Assembly (NCBI GenBank): GCA_002104945.1
Contig: MCFH01000224.1
Coordinates: 1-14,242, forward strand
Direction of reading: 5' to 3'
Length of the DNA: 14,242 bases
Source: Piromyces finnis finn
Lineage: Eukaryota; Fungi; Neocallimastigomycota
Part shown: positions 8,938-14,242 of the stretch, piece after piece
Numbering within the stretch: position 1 is the stretch's first letter
How the letters are laid out: the number at the start of each line of letters is the position of its first letter
Translations under genes and position numbers: made by a program
Notes under the pieces: generated by a model
The model's database searches: none
Told to the model about the DNA's origin: nothing
What the model saw: only the letters and a program-made list of their open reading frames with translations

Positions 8938-9416
8938 GAAATATTTGTGGCCATAAGTTTGCCCACAAATATTTCAATTGAAACCATATATTCTGGTCAC
9001 CATTTATTGGCCAAATATATGCATAACCATATATTAATGGTTATTAATTAATAGGAAGTCTATTTGCTTACCCAATCAAGTGGTAAAGAAAATAAACTCA
9101 TATAGTTAATAGTATAGTCAAAACTAACGTTAAATACTTTAGCGTTAGTATTAAAGTAATTAATAGCTATATAATAATAATGTATATAATATAACTAATA
9201 AATAAAAGATAATAATTATAATAATTATTTAAGTAAATAATATTTCATATTAATATTTATCGTATTATATTTATTTTGTGTTATAATATTTATTTTAGTT
9301 CTTTTATATTTTTTATAAACTTTATTTAGTTATTAACTCGTATAGAGAGGTAATAACTAACTTAATTAACTTGTTATATTTAACTTATTAACTAACATAT
9401 ATAAAAACCTTTTACA
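8933..9416 (+). repeat. 3' LTR (484 bp)
   Basis: TGTAAGAAATATTTG...AAAACCTTTTACA; matches the 5' LTR throughout. Confidence 0.95.
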
Positions 9417-9421
9417 TCATA
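9417..9421. repeat. Right target-site duplication TCATA
   Basis: TCATA directly after TTTTACA. Confidence 0.9.
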
Positions 9422-9474
9422 TGTAATCTAATATATAATTTTAATTATATATGCAAATCTTAACTACAATGTAT

Positions 9475-9675
9475 TGTTACCGATTTCACTTCAGTTAGGT
9501 CGGAATACACATATTACCCTAAGTTTATTAATTTAATAAATAAATGAATAATAAATATTTTAAATAAATAACATTTATTAATTAACTTTATTTATTAATA
9601 AATTTTATTTAAAGAAAAATTTTATTTAAAGAAAATTTTTATTTATTAAATATTATTATATTAGAGTAAATATTA
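9475..9675 (-). mobile_element. Truncated inverted copy of the 218-bp TIR element (one TIR missing)
   Basis: Matches the reverse complement of 10742 back to about 10558 and stops at GAGTAAATATTA, before the second TIR. Carries an internal 17-bp tandem duplication (9601-9617/9618-9634). Confidence 0.88.
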
Positions 9676-9676
9676 A

Positions 9677-10525
9677 TGTAATGAACTCTCGAAATCCCTA
9701 ATGATAGGAATTTTCTCGAGTATTATACTATTCTAATATTAGGAATACATTTTAAATTTAATACATGACTATTATTTATATTAATTAACTATTCTATAAA
9801 TTAATTATATATTAATTATATATGACTTTTCACTCGTGTTAAATTTAATAATTATAAAGTCATGTTATCAATCATTTGTAGAAGGAATGATTATTTTATA
9901 ATTTAGTTTTATTTCCTTCTTAATCAATGAATAAAGAGATATTAATTCAAATTTTAATTTTAATAATATAAATCTTAACAATTATAATTAATTAATATCT
10001 CTTAAATATTATTTAATTATGTTTTATAATAAATATTTCTAATTAATTAAACGAATAGAACACTAATTAAATAATAATCATGAATCCACTAATATTCATG
10101 ACATTGCCCGTCTACAAAATTGAATTCTAGGCAATTTTATAAATTAATTTAATAATGAAATATATAAATCTTCATGAGACAACCATTAGTTTAATTTGTA
10201 TAATTTAAATTATATCCACAATGTGGATGTGGAGTTCTACATTTAGTAGAGGATAGATAGTATTACTTATTTTAGTAGTCCTTATTCAAAGATAGATTAA
10301 TAACTTTCCCAACATTCAAATTCAAAAATCTCATAATTCCATTTCAAATTCCACCAAATTCATTCTCAAAAATTTCCAAATATATGTTAACATATGTGGC
10401 GTAGGTGGCGTTTATTTCTTTAATAATGTATTTGTACATTCCAAGGCAACTTGAAGTCCACAAAACCTTAAGATCTAACTAGTAGTTTGAAAGTCCCAAG
10501 TCTGTAGTAGAGTGGAGAGTTCATT
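9677..10525. mobile_element. Putative ~850-bp non-coding element (solo LTR or MITE) with short TIRs
   Basis: Starts TGTAATGAACTCTC (9677-9690). GAGAGTTCATT (10515-10525) is the reverse complement minus the terminal ACA. Both ends abut the flanking TIR-element copies. Confidence 0.5.
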
Positions 10526-10742
10526 GTTACGGATTTCACTTCAGTTAGGTCGGAATATAATATTTACTCTAATTAATAATATTTAATAAATAAAATTTTC
10601 TTTAAATAAAAATTTATTATAAATAAAGTTAATTAATAAAATGTTATTTATTTAAAATATTTATTTATTCATTTATTTATTAAATTAATAAACTTAGGGT
10701 AAATATGTATATTCCGACCTAACTGAAGTGAAATCCGTAACA
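10525..10742. mobile_element. 218-bp MITE-like element with TGT...ACA termini and 35-bp perfect TIRs
   Basis: TGTTACGGATTTCACTTCAGTTAGGTCGGAATATA (10525-10559) and its exact reverse complement (10708-10742); the TIR extends imperfectly to ~49 bp. A second copy lies at 9475. Confidence 0.9.
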
Positions 10743-12044
10743 TGAATTAATGTGAGTGGCTTGGGGTGGTACGCACTTGGTTAGAATGTTTTATATTATA
10801 ACTTAATTAATAAAAATTAAACTTGTTTATTATTAAACTATTTTTAAAACGGTTAAAGAATCTAATCAATACTAATTAAATTAAATGGTTTCTTATAATA
10901 ATATAACTCTTTTATTATATAAATTATTTATAAATTTATTTATTAATCATTTGTCATTAAAATAATATTTATCAAGTTATATTGTAATAAATACTAATTA
11001 ATAATTAATAATCTTACAAAAATTTCAAATGATTTAATTTTTGTTTAATACTTTTCTTACAATTAATAAATTACATTGATATAATATGATTTAATAATAA
11101 AGATAAAATAAATAATTTTAAATTAAAATATTAATAGTTGATATTGATTGATTCATATGATAGATCTTAAGATTATCTTTTAGATTTCTTTTAAATAAAA
11201 AGTATTTTTAAACATATTAATTTAAATATTAATATCATAAATTGGAGAGTAACATTGCTGATGCTAATATTATTCTCATGATTAATTAATTAAATTATTA
11301 CTAATGATTTTTGATCAAAAGGTTTTTGGTTTGGTTTGATTGAAGTTAATAATCAAAAATTATTTGAGAAATTATTAATTAATTTTTATAATTGATTAGG
11401 TTTGTAATCAAGAATACTTATTATCTAACCTTATTAATAATAATGGAGAATTTTTAAATTAAATTATTTATAGAAAGTTGGATGACTTGAATAATGATTT
11501 TATTATATAAATAATATTGATCATTTCAATATATATTAATTGGTATAATTAGGTCTTTAAATAGTCATATCTTTAGAACTAGTGATTAAAATAACTGGAA
11601 TTCATGAGGATATTGATCTTGACTCGTACTTTCTAACATAGTTAGTTTAACGTTTATAGAAAATGGAATAGACGCGAGATTCCGAAGTTACCATTAGTTT
11701 TATATAATGTATTTTTTACTCAAGGATTAATGTATGAAGATTAAATTTTGTGATCCTTAACCCTTTCAATATTAATTTCTCCAAAGTGTCCTTTTAATTA
11801 TTTTATAATTTTTGAATATAAAGATGATTTTTAGATTATGTTTTGAATATTTCAATTTATTTATTAATCGTTTTCTATCTTGACAATTAATATATTGTAA
11901 ATATAATAGAATTATATACAAATTATTCTAGTTGTAGTATTTAATGTATTTTTTATTAATTTTTACTGTGTGAAAAAAAATTATTTATTAGAAACCCTTT
12001 CATAAAGAACTTTTAAAAGTTACTCTTTGTTCCATTTATTTATA

Positions 12045-12117
12045 CAATAATAGCTATAATAATAGCCATAATAATAATAAATAAATAGCATAATATAATA
12101 TAATAATAATAATAATA

Positions 12118-12169
<52 letters not shown>

Positions 12170-12190
12170 TAAAAATAATAATAATAATAA

Positions 12191-12247
<57 letters not shown>

Positions 12248-12335
12248 TAATAATAATATAATAATAATAATAATAATATAATAATATAATAAATAATAAT
12301 AATAATAATAATAATAATTAATATAATAATAATAT
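12045..12335. repeat. (AAT)n microsatellite
   Basis: About 290 bp of near-pure AAT triplets. Confidence 0.95.
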
Positions 12336-12429
12336 TGACAATATTGATATCTCTAATAAAACCAATAGTTCCAATTTTAACGGGGGGAAACGAAAAAGTT
12401 GTTTCCAATTTTTATGAAAAAATTTTTAA

Positions 12430-12911
12430 ATTATAAATTGCATTATGACAATAACTATTTCAAAGATAATAATAATTTTGAGAGATTATTGACGATCCTT
12501 ATACAAAACCAAGATAACTGCAAGGAATATAGAAAGAACAGAAGGTGTACAAAAACATATGAAGGAAAAGAAAATATTATTGAAAAAGTTTAATTATTGA
12601 TGTAAAAAATATGTTCCTTTGCAAATCTATCAATTAAACAAATTGAAACTACTACCAAACCAACGGAAAAATTTAGAACACCTGTCAAAGCTCCTTTTGT
12701 TAGACTTGGTTTTGGTATTATAGGTCATCAAAAGAAACTACACTTGGAAACAAATATATAATGATACGCGTAGATTATTTTACAAAGTGGGTAGAAGAAA
12801 AACCAGTTAGAACTATACCTCTCAAGATGTAACCAATTTTTTAGTTGAAGTGTTCAGCAAGCATGAAATTCCACATTAATAATGTCAGATAATGATGTAC
12901 AGTGTAATGCT
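12430..12911 (+). pseudogene. Degenerate Gypsy-type integrase, N-terminal half (Zn finger + first DDE residues)
   Basis: Across frameshifts: EGVQKTYEG..KYY.KSLIIDVKKYV..C...QLNK; RTPVKAPFVRLG..IIG; GNKYI...VDYFTKWVE.KP; SQDVTNFL.EVFSKH.IP; SDNDVQCNA. 5' boundary approximate. Confidence 0.85.
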
Positions 12912-13522
12912 AACACAAAAAAGAATAGATTAGGATATCTATTCTATTCAATAACCACTAAATGAATAAAATAAAAATAAATGTTTATTAAAAATATCTT
13001 TTATTATAATAGAATTTTATTAATAACAATTACATCGATAAATGATGAAAAATATCTCTATTTATATTTTTCCTAAATACATTTATGCTATATTATAATT
13101 ATTTATTTCTTATATATTATTATTTAAAATCTACACCTAAAATCTTATTATTAATAAATATTTAAACTATAACTATTTTTAGTAAAATACAGTTGGCAAT
13201 TCAATTAAGTACTATTCAATTTGATATGTGCCCATGTATTATTGATATTTAATCATTTAATAATTATATACTATATCTATTTCTATTACAAAAAAATACT
13301 AAACTAGGGGTTTGAATTGAGAATTTTAATTTATTTGTTAAACATTAAAAATAAATTAATAATTTATTTTGTTTTAAACTTTAATTATTAATAAATAAAT
13401 TATGTCTCATTTTCTTTTTCTGTAATATAATTCGTGTAACTTAAACAATAATGATTATGGCTTAAGTTATATTAAAGATATCAATCTGTGGCGTTTGATA
13501 TCTTTACATTCAATTTGTTTCT
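12912..13522. mobile_element. 611-bp AT-rich insertion splitting the integrase relic
   Basis: Removing it fuses ...AAT GCT|GAA TAT ACA AAA... into continuous SDNDVQCNA-EYTKIFVDLY. CT is duplicated at 12910-12911 and 13521-13522. Element class unknown. Confidence 0.65.
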
Positions 13523-14130
13523 GAATATACAAAAATATTTGTAGACCTATATGACGTATATATTCATTTTATTAGCACATACCATCCGGAATATAATGGA
13601 CTGATTGAAAATAGGAACAGAAAAATTGGCAAGCAATTAAGAAATTTCACTGATAATAATGAAAACTGGGATGTATTGCTACCAATTGCATTATGGGCTA
13701 TCCGAATTTGTAAATCTGTGTCTACTGGTTATTCAAGTTTTGAACTATTGCATGGAAGATCAGATAATATTCCAATTGACATCAATATAAGAAATTCAAT
13801 ATTAAATAAAAGAAAGATCAGTAGAAGGATTATTAATGGAAATGTTTTTAAAATGAGTAAAACAAGCTGCCAGTAAAACGTTAAAGACAATAAATTATTG
13901 GAAAAGTAGAAGATTAGCTCAGCAAAGTATGATGAATAAAAACAACTATAAAATAAGGGATAAAATAAAGATTAGAAATTAACGAAGAAATAGATTAGAA
14001 CCCTATTTTATCAGACTTTTTATTATAAGAGGAATATCTTGGAATACAGCTAAACTACAAGATGAACTTACAGGACAATATCTGGAAAGAAATGTTAATT
14101 TTAAGAGCATATTACTATTCAAGGAGTAAA
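13523..14130 (+). pseudogene. Degenerate Gypsy-type integrase, C-terminal half
   Basis: EYTKIFVDLYDVYIHFISTYHPEYNGLIENRNRKIGKQLRNFTDNNENWDVLLPIALWAIRICKSVSTGYSSFELLHGRSDNIP, then GDK-like and RLEPYF...GISWNTAKLQDELTGQYLERNV C-terminal fragments. Confidence 0.9.
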
Positions 14131-14242
14131 AATAAATTAAAAAAAAATAAAAATAAAAAATATATAAATGATTAAGAAAAAAATATAATACTAACTCTAT
14201 ACATTAAATTACTACAACATAAAGAAAAAAAAAAAATATATT

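Larger units (their letters stand above)
2868..9416 (+). mobile_element. Full-length Ty3/Gypsy LTR retrotransposon (Tf1/sushi-like, chromovirus-type)
   Basis: Two matching LTRs with TGT...ACA ends, 5-bp TSD TCATA on both sides, domain order gag-PR-RT-RH-IN, polypurine tract before the 3' LTR. Confidence 0.97.

Noticed and set aside
10694-10700. TTAGGG telomeric motif
   Set aside because: It is a single copy inside the MITE, not an array.
10750-12040. Possible decayed coding sequence in the AT-rich stretch
   Set aside because: No ORF of note and no motif I could recognise on either strand.
12040-12408. 122-aa ORF (-)
   Set aside because: It is a translation of the (AAT)n microsatellite (poly-I/L/Y).

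Overview
Extremely AT-rich eukaryotic genomic DNA. An anaerobic gut fungus (Neocallimastigomycota) is plausible from composition but cannot be proven here. The sequence shows a strong homopolymer-indel signature typical of under-polished long-read assemblies. No host protein gene is recognisable. The window holds tRNA-Trp(CCA) (+), a tightly linked tRNA-Glu(TTC)/tRNA-Arg(TCT) pair (-), and a full-length 6.5-kb Ty3/Gypsy LTR retrotransposon (2868-9416, TGT...ACA LTRs, TCATA target-site duplication). That element sits only 11 nt upstream of the tRNA-Glu 5' end. It has no tRNA primer-binding site; instead the 11 nt after the 5' LTR are exactly complementary to an 11-mer inside its own LTR (Tf1-type self-priming), and its integrase ends in a degenerate chromodomain-like segment. 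Directly behind it lies a nest of TGT...ACA inverted-repeat elements, including a 218-bp MITE-like element with 35-bp perfect TIRs (possibly Ginger-like). Further right is an older Gypsy-type integrase relic split by a 611-bp insertion. The rest is micro- and minisatellite and low-complexity AT DNA.
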